Part shown: piece by piece, positions 29,796 to 39,890 of the stretch
Position numbering within the stretch: the first letter of the stretch is position 1
How the letters are laid out: each line of letters opens with the position of its first letter
Assembly: GCA_964611465.1 (NCBI GenBank)
Contig: CAZTAA010000012.1
Location: 4,765 to 68,764, forward strand
DNA length: 64,000 nucleotides
Reading direction: 5' to 3'
Origin: an uncultured Mycobacterium sp.
Lineage (GTDB): Bacteria > Actinomycetota > Actinomycetes > Mycobacteriales > Mycobacteriaceae
The notes under the pieces: generated by a model
The model's database searches: none
Told to the model about the DNA's origin: nothing
The model's input: the letters and a program-made list of their open reading frames with translations, nothing else
Made by a program: the position numbers and the translations under genes

Positions 29796-30757
29796 CGGCG
29801 GACGTTGTCAGCGGGCTGCGGCGTCGCCTCGCACCGATCGGTATCTCCGAACTGCGGCCGTTGACCGGCGGCGCATCGAGCCTGACGTTCGTCGGCGACC
29901 TCGGCGCTCGCCCGGTCGTGGTCAAGGTCGCCCCGCCGGGCCTGGCGCCGATCGGGCATCGCGACGTGCTGCGCCAGGCCAGTGTCATTCGTGCGCTCGG
30001 AGCCACGGCGGTGCCGGTGCCCGAGACTCTCGTCGAGGACGTCGGCGAGCCGCCGGATGTGCCGCCGCTGTTCGTCATGTCGTTCGCCGAGGGCAGTTCG
30101 GCTGAGCCACTTTTCGACGACGACCGGGTCGGTTCGCCGCGCGTCATCGCCGACCGGTTCCGGCTCGCCGCCCAGACGATGGCCGCGCTGCACCGACTGT
30201 CCCCGGCGGAGCTCGGTCTGGCCGACGAGCCCGTCGTCACGCCCGCCGCCGAGGTCGACAAATGGTGCCGCAGCTTGAGCACCGTCGAAGAGACCCTGGC
30301 ACCGCGTTGGCAACAGGTTGCCGAAGCCCTGCGCTCGCACACACCGCCGGCGCTGGCACCCGCGGTCGTGCACGGTGACTTCCGGTTGGGCAACCTGCTG
30401 GCGGACGACCGGGGGATCAACGCCGTCGTCGATTGGGAGATCTGGTCGGTCGGAGATCCGCGCGTCGACGTCGGCTGGTTCCTGATCAATGCGGACCCCG
30501 ACACCTACCATCGGGTCACCCCGTACCGCGGCTCGACGCCGCCGGTGGACGAGCTGATCGCCACCTACCGGGACGCGCTGGAGCACGACGTGCCCCATCT
30601 GGAGTGGTTCCAGTCGCTCGCCTGCTTCAAGTCCACCGCCACCTGGTCATTGATCGTCAAGCACAACCGCCGCCGGCAGACACCCGATCCCGCGCTGGAG
30701 CGGATGGCCGCGGTGCTTCCCGACCTACTCGCCCGGGCCGGCGAATACCTTCGCTAG
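29792..30757 (+). CDS. APH/choline-kinase-family phosphotransferase (ACAD10/11 kinase-domain-like)
   Basis: LTGGASSLT, VHGDFRLGN, VDWE; frame open back to CTG at 29792; first standard start is TTG at 29861. Confidence 0.85.
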   Translation: MTADVVSGLRRRLAPIGISELRPLTGGASSLTFVGDLGARPVVVKVAPPGLAPIGHRDVLRQASVIRALGATAVPVPETLVEDVGEPPDVPPLFVMSFAEGSSAEPLFDDDRVGSPRVIADRFRLAAQTMAALHRLSPAELGLADEPVVTPAAEVDKWCRSLSTVEETLAPRWQQVAEALRSHTPPALAPAVVHGDFRLGNLLADDRGINAVVDWEIWSVGDPRVDVGWFLINADPDTYHRVTPYRGSTPPVDELIATYRDALEHDVPHLEWFQSLACFKSTATWSLIVKHNRRRQTPDPALERMAAVLPDLLARAGEYLR

Positions 30758-32052
30758 TCGCGCGGAATCCCGGCGAGCTGGTCGGCGAACTTCGCCTCGG
30801 CGGCCTGCCGCAACCGCAGCAGATGCTCGGACGGAAACAGGTCCGGCGCGGGAGCACGGTCGGCCAGCAGCAGCCGCGCCAGCGTCACCTTGTGAACCTC
30901 GGTCGGGCCGTCGGCGAGGCCGAGGACAAAGGACTCGACCAAATGCTGAACGAAGGGCATCTCATGAGTCACACCGAGTGAGCCATGCAGCTGCAACGCC
31001 CGAGCCGACACATCGTGCAGCACCTTCTGCATCATGGCCTTCACCGCCGAGATGTCGGCCCGCACCGCCTTGTAGTCGTTGTGCCGGTCGATCTTCCACG
31101 CGGTCTGCAAGGTCAGCAGGCGGAACGCCTCGATCTCCATCCACGAGTCGGCAATCATCTCCTGCACCAACTGCTTGCGGCTGAGCGACTCACCCTGGGT
31201 GTAGCGCGAGACCGCCCGCTCGCACATCATGTCGTAGATCCGCCGGACCAGGCCGACGGTGCGCATCGCGTGATGGATCCGTCCGCCTCCCAACCGGGTC
31301 TGTGCGACGACGAACGCCCCGCCGCGCGGCCCGAGCATGTGATCGGCTGGGACGCGGACGTTTTCGTAGCGGACGTAGCCTTCCCGGCCGCCGCCGAGCG
31401 GTTGGTATCCCAGGCCGACGTCGCGCAGCACATTGATGCCCGGGGTCTCACCGGGAACCACGAACATCGAATGCCGGTTGTACGGCGGGGCGTCGGGATC
31501 GGTCACCGCCATGACGATCAGGAACGACGCCATCGACGCGAACGAGGAGAACCACTTCTCGCCGTTGATGATCCAGTGGTCATCACCGTCCGGAACCGCC
31601 GTCGTGGTGAACACCTTGGGGTCGGCGCCGCCCTGCGGTTCGGTCATCGAGAAGCAGGAGATGATCCTGTTGTCCAGCAGCGGGTCCAGGTAGCGCGCCT
31701 TCAGTTCCGGTGTGCCGTAGTGTGCGAGGATCTCACTGTTGCCCGAATCCGGGGCCTGCGACCCGAACACGATCGGGGCGCACTCAGATCGGCCGAGGAT
31801 CTCGTTGAGCAAGGCCAACTTGACCTGACCGTAGCCGGGACCGCCGAGATGCGGTCCCAGATGCGTCGCCCACAGTCCCCGATCCTTGACGATCTTCTGC
31901 AGCGGCGGGATCAGCGCCTGGCGTACCGGGTCGTTGAGGTCGTGGGACTCCTTGACGATCAGATCGATCGGCTCGCATTCGGAGCGCACGAAGTCGTCCA
32001 CCCACTTCAGCTGCTCGGCCCAGTCCGGGTCGGTGCAGAAGTCCCAAGCCAT
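30754..32052 (-). CDS. Acyl-CoA dehydrogenase, ACAD10/11-type
   Basis: QAPDSGN, SMTEPQGGAD, RLGGGRIHH, LADGPTEVH. Confidence 0.9.
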   Translation of the reverse strand: MAWDFCTDPDWAEQLKWVDDFVRSECEPIDLIVKESHDLNDPVRQALIPPLQKIVKDRGLWATHLGPHLGGPGYGQVKLALLNEILGRSECAPIVFGSQAPDSGNSEILAHYGTPELKARYLDPLLDNRIISCFSMTEPQGGADPKVFTTTAVPDGDDHWIINGEKWFSSFASMASFLIVMAVTDPDAPPYNRHSMFVVPGETPGINVLRDVGLGYQPLGGGREGYVRYENVRVPADHMLGPRGGAFVVAQTRLGGGRIHHAMRTVGLVRRIYDMMCERAVSRYTQGESLSRKQLVQEMIADSWMEIEAFRLLTLQTAWKIDRHNDYKAVRADISAVKAMMQKVLHDVSARALQLHGSLGVTHEMPFVQHLVESFVLGLADGPTEVHKVTLARLLLADRAPAPDLFPSEHLLRLRQAAEAKFADQLAGIPRD

Positions 32053-32072
32053 CTATCGTCCTTTCGCGTCCG

Positions 32073-32855
32073 TCAAGACCAATTACCGCGGCGGGCGGCC
32101 GCGTCGTCGGTGGCGTGGCTGAGAACCTGATTGCGGTTCTCCAGCTCCAGTGCAGCCTCGAGGCCGGCCGCGCCGATGTTGACCTGCAGCGCCCGTTTGG
32201 TTAGTTGAACACCCAACGGCGCCAGAGCCGCTATACCAGTCGCGATTTCGACAGCGCGGTCGACGAGTTCGTCGGGTTCGACGAGCCGGCTCACCAGGCC
32301 ACGCCGGTCGGCCTCATCCGCCGACACCGTACGGCCGGTGATCATCCAGTCCGCGGCGACGCCGGCTCCCACGATCCGGGGCAGGTGATAGCTCATGCCC
32401 ATCTCGGCACCGGAGAGTCCGAGCAGAATCGCTGCGTTGCCGAATGTGGCTGCGGTGGAACAGATCCGGATGTCCGCCGCCAGGCTGATCGCCAGGCCTG
32501 CGCCCACACACGGTCCGTTGATCGCCGCGATCACCACCTGCGGCAGGTCGGCTACCCCCCGCGCGAGGCCGGCCATCGCTTCTTGAAATCGCAGCCGGTC
32601 GATCGCCGGGTCGGTGGCCTCCGGCATACCCGGGCCGAAGTCACGGATGTCGATGCCCGAGCAGAAGCCCCGTCCGGCGCCGGTGATAACCACGACCTGC
32701 ACCGCGGGGTCGGACGCCACTGATGTCAGCAGCTGCGCGAGTTCGTCGCGCATCACCTGATTGATCGCGTTGAGCCGATTCGGGCGGTTCAACCGCACCA
32801 GCAGCACGCCGTCGGCCGGCGTGTCGACATCGAGTGTCTCGGTCACCGGCATCAT
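32073..32855 (-). CDS. Crotonase/enoyl-CoA hydratase family protein
   Basis: LNRPNRLNAI, GFCSGID, AINGPCVGAG. Confidence 0.88.
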   Translation of the reverse strand: MMPVTETLDVDTPADGVLLVRLNRPNRLNAINQVMRDELAQLLTSVASDPAVQVVVITGAGRGFCSGIDIRDFGPGMPEATDPAIDRLRFQEAMAGLARGVADLPQVVIAAINGPCVGAGLAISLAADIRICSTAATFGNAAILLGLSGAEMGMSYHLPRIVGAGVAADWMITGRTVSADEADRRGLVSRLVEPDELVDRAVEIATGIAALAPLGVQLTKRALQVNIGAAGLEAALELENRNQVLSHATDDAAARRGNWS

Positions 32856-32884
32856 CTGATCTCGGTCTCCGTTCTCGTGTGCGG

Positions 32885-32910
32885 TGGCGGACGAGAGGCA
32901 CCGTCCGCCA
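32885..32910. terminator. Intergenic hairpin
   Basis: TGGCGGACG/CGTCCGCCA with an 8-nt loop. Confidence 0.4.
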
Positions 32911-32931
32911 TCTGCAGGAGTCTAACCGCCG

Positions 32932-34422
32932 TCACTTTTCGAGATCCGGCGTCGCGAGCAGGTGGCGCAGCCGGATGACGTCGACCTTTCCGGTGGCGCC
33001 GCGCGGGATGCCGTCCGCGTCGCGGATCAACGACCAAACCGTCGGAACCTTGAACGCGCTCAGCCGCTTTCGGGCCGCGGCGTGCAATTGGCCGACGGTG
33101 ACTGCGGCGTTGCACACGACGAGCGCGCCGACGGCTTCTCCCCCGGGCCCGGGCACATTCGTCACCACGGCCGTCTGGACGCCAGGTATCGCGCGGAGCG
33201 CATCCACCACCTCGCTCGGATAGACCGTCGCTCCCTTGATCTTGAACATGTCGTCGACGCGGCCGTGATAGAACAGGAACCCGTCGCCGTCGAGGTGGCC
33301 AAGGTCTCCGGTCGAGTAGAAGCCGTCGGCGGTGAAGACCTCCTCCCGGCTGCGTCGGCAGATCCCCCGTAACGTGTGCGGACCCCGCACCTGGATGACT
33401 CCGACGCCGTCGCTGTCGGGCTCGGCGATGCGCACGTCCATGCCGGGAAACGGCTTTCCGCAACTACCCCAGGCGGATTCGGGCATGTCGGTGTCGGCCG
33501 GGTAGCCACAGTAGGGCCCGAATGTCTCGGTCATCCCGAAGAGATTGGCGCGGGCACCGGGACGGCTGCGCAGTTCCGGAGGCAACAGTGCCTCCAGGCT
33601 GCCGTCCCGCAGATCGGGCAGCGGGGCGTCGAGATACTGTGCCAGTCTCTCGGCCTGATCGGGCCAGCCTCGGAACAGCGTCACCCGCTCACGCCGCAGC
33701 AGTTCCACGGTGGCCGCCGGTTCGGGGATCGCTTCGGTCACCAGGGTGGCGCCGGCGGCCAGCGCGGACATGATGCCGCCACCGAACCCGCCCACCCAGA
33801 AGAACGGCATCGGCAGGTACAACCGGCTGCCGGCATCGATGCGGCGCGCCGTCAGACCGGCGCGGACCGCACCGAATGCGCTGCCGTGGGAGTGGATGAC
33901 ACCCTTGGGTGGACCGCTGCTGCCGGAGGTGAACAGGACCACGAGTGGGTCGCTGGGCCGCACGTGGCAATGGGTCGAGGTGCCCGGCGGCCAGTCGAGC
34001 ACTTGCTCGACTGTCCAGACCGTTTGCAGGGCGGGAAGCTCCGGCGACCGCAGTGAAGGCAACTCGTCGAGGAAGCGGTTGCCGCGAAACTCCGGGACGG
34101 TGATGAGGAACCGGACCGCGGCGGTGCGCAAGGCGGCGTGCAACTCGCCCGGCCGGAACAGCGTGCTCAGCGGGACGAGGACCGCGCCGATCCGGGTGAC
34201 TGCCACGGCGATCCGCACCCAGTCGACGCTGTTGGGAGCGAGCAAACCGACCCGTGATCCCTTGCCGACGCCACGGGCCAGCAGCGCCGCGCTCAGCGCC
34301 CGGGTGCTCGCGTCCAGCTCGTCGTGACTCAACGTACTGGCTGGGTCGATGACCACCGGCTTGTCGCGATACCTCGCGGCGTTTGCGGTGACGACGTCGG
34401 GCATCGTCTGGGCTTCAGTCAT
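32932..34422 (-). CDS. Acyl-CoA synthetase
   Basis: FTSGSSGPPKG, FGMTE, TGD, GKVD. Confidence 0.9.
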   Translation of the reverse strand: MTEAQTMPDVVTANAARYRDKPVVIDPASTLSHDELDASTRALSAALLARGVGKGSRVGLLAPNSVDWVRIAVAVTRIGAVLVPLSTLFRPGELHAALRTAAVRFLITVPEFRGNRFLDELPSLRSPELPALQTVWTVEQVLDWPPGTSTHCHVRPSDPLVVLFTSGSSGPPKGVIHSHGSAFGAVRAGLTARRIDAGSRLYLPMPFFWVGGFGGGIMSALAAGATLVTEAIPEPAATVELLRRERVTLFRGWPDQAERLAQYLDAPLPDLRDGSLEALLPPELRSRPGARANLFGMTETFGPYCGYPADTDMPESAWGSCGKPFPGMDVRIAEPDSDGVGVIQVRGPHTLRGICRRSREEVFTADGFYSTGDLGHLDGDGFLFYHGRVDDMFKIKGATVYPSEVVDALRAIPGVQTAVVTNVPGPGGEAVGALVVCNAAVTVGQLHAAARKRLSAFKVPTVWSLIRDADGIPRGATGKVDVIRLRHLLATPDLEK

Positions 34423-35911
34423 CGAACAGCCTTGCCAGCGCGGGCATGTCGATCTTGCCGCTGGACATCACGGGCAGCTGCGCGCGAGGGATCCGCACGA
34501 AGCGCCGCGGAATCTTATACGCGGACAACAACTCCCGGAGTCGGGACCGGAGCAGATCATCGGCGATGTCGAGTGGACGGTCGAGAACCAGCACGGCGGC
34601 GACGATCTGGCCACGTTCGGGGTCGGGCAGCCCGAGCACATGCGCGGTCGCAGCACCGTCCAGCACGCTGTCGAGCGCCTTCTCGACCTCGGCGGGGGTG
34701 ACGTTGGCGCCGGCGGTCTTGATCATCGCGCCGGCCCGGCCCACGAAGTAGTAGAAGCCGTCGTCGTCGACGCGGACAAGATCGCCGGTGTGGAACCAAC
34801 CGTCGGCGTCGAAGGACTCTTCGCGGCTGCGTCCGTAATACCCCTGCATCAGATACGGCCCGCGGATGCACAACTCGCCCGATCCGAGCACCATCGTCTC
34901 GAATCCCGGTGCCGGCTTTCCGTATGAGCCACGCCTGCTCTCGGGTTGATCCGTGTCGTCGCCGCTCAGCAGGACCACGCTGCCGGCTTCGGTCATGCCG
35001 AGCATGTTGTGGCGCAAGTCAGGATCGGCCGGCCGGGCGTCAGGGGCCATGATGGGGTACAGATTGCCACGCCGCATCGACGACAGGTCCCGGCTACCGA
35101 AACTGGGGTGCCGGGTCAGTGCCGCGATGCCCGCCACGAAACCGTTTGTGACCGTCGGTTGTTCGGCCTCGAGCAGATCCAAGGTCTCGGCCGGCTCGAC
35201 CGCATTGGAACAGATCAGGGTCGAACCGGCGAGCAGGGTGGCCAGCAGGGCGAAGCCGAACCCCCCGATCCAGAAGAACGGCGAATTGCAGAACAACCGG
35301 TCGCCGGGCGTCAGCCCACGAATCTCGTTGAGATTGCGCTGATGTCCCAGCAGCGACTCGTGGGTGTGCACGGCGCCCTTCGGTGGGCCCGTGGATCCCG
35401 AGGTGTAGATGATGGCCAGGACGTCGCAGCCGTCGACATCGTCTTCGCAGGCCGCCAGCAGTTCCGGGTCGACCCCCTCGCCGAGCCGGATCAGTTCGTC
35501 GGTGTCGAACCAGACCCGCCGCAAGCAGGGGGCCTCTACGTCGGAAACCCCGGCAAGTCGCTCAACATAGTCGTTGCCTCGATACCGCCTGGCGGACAAC
35601 AGGATCTCGATGTCGGCGTCCGCCAGTTGGGCGCGCAACTCGGCGGCGGTGCCGAACGTCGAGAACGGAACGACCACCGCACCGATTCGCGCGGCCGCCA
35701 GCATCGCCACCACGAAGGCCACCCCGTTCGGATACAGCAGACCGATATGGGTGCCCTTGCCCGCTCCGGTGGCGAGCAGTTCACGGGCCAGCGCCGCCGA
35801 CGCGTCATACGCCTCGGCGTAGCTCACCCGTTCCGAATCGCAGATCAGCAGCGGGCGTTCGGAGTGGGCGTGTCGCCGCAACTCCGCCGGGACCGTCAGC
35901 TCAGCGGGCAT
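34415..35911 (-). CDS. Acyl-CoA synthetase
   Basis: YTSGSTGPPKG, LGMTE, TGD, SSGKID. Confidence 0.9.
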   Translation of the reverse strand: MPAELTVPAELRRHAHSERPLLICDSERVSYAEAYDASAALARELLATGAGKGTHIGLLYPNGVAFVVAMLAAARIGAVVVPFSTFGTAAELRAQLADADIEILLSARRYRGNDYVERLAGVSDVEAPCLRRVWFDTDELIRLGEGVDPELLAACEDDVDGCDVLAIIYTSGSTGPPKGAVHTHESLLGHQRNLNEIRGLTPGDRLFCNSPFFWIGGFGFALLATLLAGSTLICSNAVEPAETLDLLEAEQPTVTNGFVAGIAALTRHPSFGSRDLSSMRRGNLYPIMAPDARPADPDLRHNMLGMTEAGSVVLLSGDDTDQPESRRGSYGKPAPGFETMVLGSGELCIRGPYLMQGYYGRSREESFDADGWFHTGDLVRVDDDGFYYFVGRAGAMIKTAGANVTPAEVEKALDSVLDGAATAHVLGLPDPERGQIVAAVLVLDRPLDIADDLLRSRLRELLSAYKIPRRFVRIPRAQLPVMSSGKIDMPALARLFDD

Positions 35912-37349
35912 GCTCGGCGAAGTGCTCCCGCACGGCCCGCAGATCGGGCTTGCCCGACGGGGTCCGCGGGATCTCGTCGGCGAGTACGATCTCGGCGGGA
36001 ATCTCATAGCGCGACAGCCGTGTTCGCAAATATTCGGCCAGGGCGTCGGCGGTGACGATCTGCCCGGGTCGCAGTTCTACCAGGGCGACGGGTACCTCGC
36101 CGAGACGCTCGTCCAGTCGGCCGACCACCGCAGCCCCCTGCACATCCGGATGCGCCTCCAGCGCCGACCGCACATCGTCGGGCATGACCTTGAACCCGCC
36201 GCGGATGATCGCCTGATCGGCGCGACCCAGAATCCACACGAAGCCGTCGGCGTCGATGCGGGCGAGGTCGGTGGTGCGCATCCAGTCGGCGCCGGCGCCG
36301 AGCTGAGCCGGCTTGACTTCGAGCAGGCCGGGCTCGTCGGGCCCGAGGGGCCGGCCGTCCTCGGCGACGACCCGCAGGGCCGCTCCGGCGTTCGCCCGCC
36401 CGACGCTGCCGCGCTTGGCCAGCCAGTACTTCCGGTGATCGGCCAGCGTCCAGGCGGCCACCCCGCCACCGAATTCCGTCGCCGCATAGGACGTGAGAAC
36501 CGGGATACCGAACTTGGCGGTGAACGCGTCGGCGTCGTCGGCCGATAGCGGAGCCGTTCCGGAGGTCACCGCCTGCACTCCGGCAAGGTCGTCGCGGGTC
36601 AACTCGGAGTGCAAGACCATGCGCAGCGCGGCCGGCACCAGCGACACCGCGCGCGGCCGGTGTTCGCGGACCGCCGCCACCCATGTGTCCAGGTCGAACT
36701 TCTCCAGCAGCACGAACGGCCGGGCTTCGGCGACGCACAACAGGATCCGGAAGACGCCACCGACATGCACCAGCGGTGAGTTCACGATCGCCACCCCACG
36801 GCGCACCGCGGTGGGCGCCGCGCACGGCTCGGGCCCCATCACGCTGTGGGCCAGCATGTCGTAGGTGAGGTCGATGCGTTTCGGCGGGCCGGTGGTGCCA
36901 CTGGTGAGCATCCACACCGCCACGCCGGGCCGTCCTGGATCGGGTTGGCGCCCAACTGATTTCCGGAGAATCTCCGCGGTTTGGTCGAGGGTGATCACCG
37001 TGCTGTTCAGCCTCGGATCGACCAGTCGGGCCGCGTCGTCGGGCGCACCGATAAGGAACGGAAGGTCCAGCGCGGCGATGTCGTCGCGGGTGCGGTCGTC
37101 GCCGCGGGACGGGTTGATGACGACGACGGTGCCGCCGGCCAGCAGGACGCCCAGGAACGCGGCGACGTGGGCCGGCCGGTTGCGCAGCATGATGCCGACC
37201 TGCGCGGCGGGACCGACGAGTTCGGCCACCCGGCGGGCCGCCGCACCGATCTCGCCCCAGGTCAGCCACGCACCGTCGTACTGCAGCGCCGGCGCGGCGG
37301 GATCCAGCCCGAGCACGTCCGCGATGCGTGCGCTGAGACGATGCGACAT
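35901..37349 (-). CDS. Acyl-CoA synthetase/AMP-binding protein
   Basis: LTSGTTGPPKR, YAATE, TTD, PSGKPD. Confidence 0.88.
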   Translation of the reverse strand: MSHRLSARIADVLGLDPAAPALQYDGAWLTWGEIGAAARRVAELVGPAAQVGIMLRNRPAHVAAFLGVLLAGGTVVVINPSRGDDRTRDDIAALDLPFLIGAPDDAARLVDPRLNSTVITLDQTAEILRKSVGRQPDPGRPGVAVWMLTSGTTGPPKRIDLTYDMLAHSVMGPEPCAAPTAVRRGVAIVNSPLVHVGGVFRILLCVAEARPFVLLEKFDLDTWVAAVREHRPRAVSLVPAALRMVLHSELTRDDLAGVQAVTSGTAPLSADDADAFTAKFGIPVLTSYAATEFGGGVAAWTLADHRKYWLAKRGSVGRANAGAALRVVAEDGRPLGPDEPGLLEVKPAQLGAGADWMRTTDLARIDADGFVWILGRADQAIIRGGFKVMPDDVRSALEAHPDVQGAAVVGRLDERLGEVPVALVELRPGQIVTADALAEYLRTRLSRYEIPAEIVLADEIPRTPSGKPDLRAVREHFAEHAR

Positions 37350-38155
37350 CACCGGATCCGCGGTGCGGCGCGCGGCGCGTCCGCGGACGCCTTCAGTTCG
37401 GCCTTGCCCAGCGGGTTGCCCAGCCGGGTGTAGATCAGACCGTGGTCGAGCGCGGCGCGGTAGGGCTTGTCCAGGGATTCCCAGATCGCCTTGACGGTGC
37501 CCTGGGTGGCCGACGGAGGCTTGGCGGCAATCGTTTTCGCGATCTCGTGCGCGCGGCTCCACAGCTCGTCGGCCGCCACCACCTCGGTGACCAGGCCGAT
37601 CCGCAGCGCGGTGTCGGCACTCACCCGTTCGTCGTTGCCCATCAACGCCATCCGCAAGGTGTCACCGAGTCCGATCTTGCGCATCAGCCCGATCGGCTCC
37701 AGCGCGGAGACCAGACCGGCGGTCACATGCGAGTCGAAGAAGGTGGCCTCCTGCGAGCAGATCACCACGTCGGCCTCGTTGACGAAGTAGAGCGCCCCGG
37801 CGGTGCACATTCCCTGCACGGCGCACACCACCGGCTTCCACATCTTCTGCCACTTGGGGCTGAGCAGTTCGCCGGGATCCTCGTGGGCCCAGACGTTCTC
37901 GGGCTGGCCGTAGTCGGACTTGACGTCCAGGCCGGCGCTGAACGCGCGGGTGCCGGCGGCGCGGAGCACGACGGCGTTGGTGGCCTCGTCGAGTTTCACG
38001 ATGCGCCAGACCGCCTGCATCTCCTCGCACATGGTGCGGTTGAACGAGTTGAGCCGGTCGGGCCGGTTCAGGGTGATGGTCGCGACCCGGTCGGCGCGGT
38101 TGAACTCCAGCAGGATCGTCTCGAACGGCTGTGCCGCGGGGGATGTCTCGGGCAT
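37349..38155 (-). CDS. Crotonase family protein
   Basis: LNRPDRLN, AFSAGLD, VQGMCTAG. Confidence 0.88.
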   Translation of the reverse strand: MPETSPAAQPFETILLEFNRADRVATITLNRPDRLNSFNRTMCEEMQAVWRIVKLDEATNAVVLRAAGTRAFSAGLDVKSDYGQPENVWAHEDPGELLSPKWQKMWKPVVCAVQGMCTAGALYFVNEADVVICSQEATFFDSHVTAGLVSALEPIGLMRKIGLGDTLRMALMGNDERVSADTALRIGLVTEVVAADELWSRAHEIAKTIAAKPPSATQGTVKAIWESLDKPYRAALDHGLIYTRLGNPLGKAELKASADAPRAAPRIR

Positions 38156-38156
38156 G

Positions 38157-38966
38157 TCAGCGGCACTTCCAGTTCGGCGCCCGCTTTTCGACGAAGGCCC
38201 GCGGCCCCTCGTCCGCGTCCTCGGTCCGCACGACGCGCTCGCGGAACGTCTCGGCGAGGATCTCGCCCTCCAGCAGCGGCAGGTCCAGCGTCTTGTGGAT
38301 CGCCAGCCGGGTCCCCCGAACCGCAAGCGGCGCATTGGAGTTGACGATGTCGGCGATCTCGTGGGCCCGCTCCAGCAGCCGGTCGTGTTCGACGACCTCG
38401 GTGATCATGCCGAGTTCGTAGGCCCGCTGGGCGTTCATCCGCTCGTGCTTGCCCATCAGCGCCATTCGCAGCGCGACGGACCGCGGCAGCGCGCGGGCCA
38501 GTCGCACCATTTCGCGTGCGGCCACCAGGCCGATGCTGACGTGCGGGTCGAAGAAGGTGGCCTGGTCTGAGGCGATGACGATGTCGCCGGTGGTTACCCA
38601 GTCCAGCCCTGCGCCGCAACAGATTCCGTTGATGGCGGCCAGCACCGGCTTGGCCATCCGGCGGAACGGCGGGGTGCCCTCCTGCGGGGCCTCCCACTGG
38701 TCGTAGGTGGACAGATACGGCCGTTCGTAGATGACCTTGCCGTCCTCGGGTATCTCCTTGACGTCGGCGCCGGTGCAGAACGCCCGCCCGGTGCCGGTCA
38801 CGATCATCAGCCAGATGCCGTCGTCATTCTCGGCTTCGTCGTAGGCGGCGCGCAGTTCGGTGATCATGTGCGGCGACAGCGCATTGAGGGCCTCGGGCCG
38901 GTTCAGCGTGATGGTGGCCGTGTGGCCGGTCACGTCGTACCCGATCGTGTCGTAGGAACTCAACAT
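38157..38966 (-). CDS. Crotonase family protein
   Basis: LNRPEALN, AFCTGAD, INGICCGAG. Confidence 0.88.
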   Translation of the reverse strand: MLSSYDTIGYDVTGHTATITLNRPEALNALSPHMITELRAAYDEAENDDGIWLMIVTGTGRAFCTGADVKEIPEDGKVIYERPYLSTYDQWEAPQEGTPPFRRMAKPVLAAINGICCGAGLDWVTTGDIVIASDQATFFDPHVSIGLVAAREMVRLARALPRSVALRMALMGKHERMNAQRAYELGMITEVVEHDRLLERAHEIADIVNSNAPLAVRGTRLAIHKTLDLPLLEGEILAETFRERVVRTEDADEGPRAFVEKRAPNWKCR

Positions 38967-38984
38967 AACCCCTTCGGTTGTCGG

Positions 38985-39779
38985 TCAGCGGCCCTGGAAG
39001 TCAGGTGTGCGGCGGTCCCGGAAGGCGGCCAGGCCCTCCTTGAAATCGGCGCTTCGGGCGGACAGTTCGAGATCGGACAGCTCCTGCGCCATCGACTGGC
39101 CGAGGGTGGCGTGCTGTCCGTAGGCGATGGCGCGCTTCGCCAGCCCGAGAGCCACGGTGGGCCCGCTGGCGAGCCGCCCCAACAGGTTTTCGGCGGCGTC
39201 CTGCAGGCCGTCGGAGTCGACGGCCTGATGGATCAGCCCCCAGTTGGCCGCGGTGGCGCCGTCGACCTTCTCGCCGAGGAGCAGCATCCGCCGGGCGCGC
39301 GCCACCCCGACCAGCCGGGTCAAAAGCCAGGTGGCCCCGGAGTCCGGGCTGAACCCGCGGTCGACGAAGGGCTCCCAGAACGTCGCGGTGTCCGCGGCGA
39401 GGGTGAAGTCGGCAGCGAGCGCCAGGTTGCAGCCGAGTCCGACGGCCCAGCCGCGCACGACGCACACCACGGGCAACTGGATGGTGGCGATCAGCTCGAT
39501 CACCCGGTTGGCGGTGTGCGGGATGCGGCGCCCGAGATCACCGGGGCGGGGGCGTCGGCCGGCGTCGTTGGTGGCCACCCAGTCTGCGCCGCTGCAGAAG
39601 TCGGCGCCGGCGGCGTCGATGCACACCGTGCGCAGCGAATCGTCGTAGGCGGCGGCGGTCAGTTCGGTGACGAGGCTGTCAGTCATGCTGTGGCTCAGTG
39701 AGTTCCGCCGCTCCGGACGGTTCAGCGTCAGCCGCAGGATGGCACCGTCGCGGATGCATTCCAGCGTGCCGTCAGTCAC
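38985..39779 (-). CDS. Crotonase family protein
   Basis: LNRPERRN, DFCSGAD, VRGWAVGLG. Confidence 0.88.
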   Translation of the reverse strand: MTDGTLECIRDGAILRLTLNRPERRNSLSHSMTDSLVTELTAAAYDDSLRTVCIDAAGADFCSGADWVATNDAGRRPRPGDLGRRIPHTANRVIELIATIQLPVVCVVRGWAVGLGCNLALAADFTLAADTATFWEPFVDRGFSPDSGATWLLTRLVGVARARRMLLLGEKVDGATAANWGLIHQAVDSDGLQDAAENLLGRLASGPTVALGLAKRAIAYGQHATLGQSMAQELSDLELSARSADFKEGLAAFRDRRTPDFQGR

Positions 39780-39890
39780 CGCCGTGCCCCTCTCCGGGTT
39801 GTATCGATGGACCTACAGTAGACGATACGGGTCCAATCCTGTACAACTTAGCAAGGATAGGCGCGGGACAACAGACGCGAGGGGACGCCG

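Noticed and set aside
39799-39846. Possible FadR operator (TGGACC...GGTCCA) in the crotonase/GntR divergent spacer
   Set aside because: Only 6-bp arms with a 16-nt spacer and no second copy found; too weak to call
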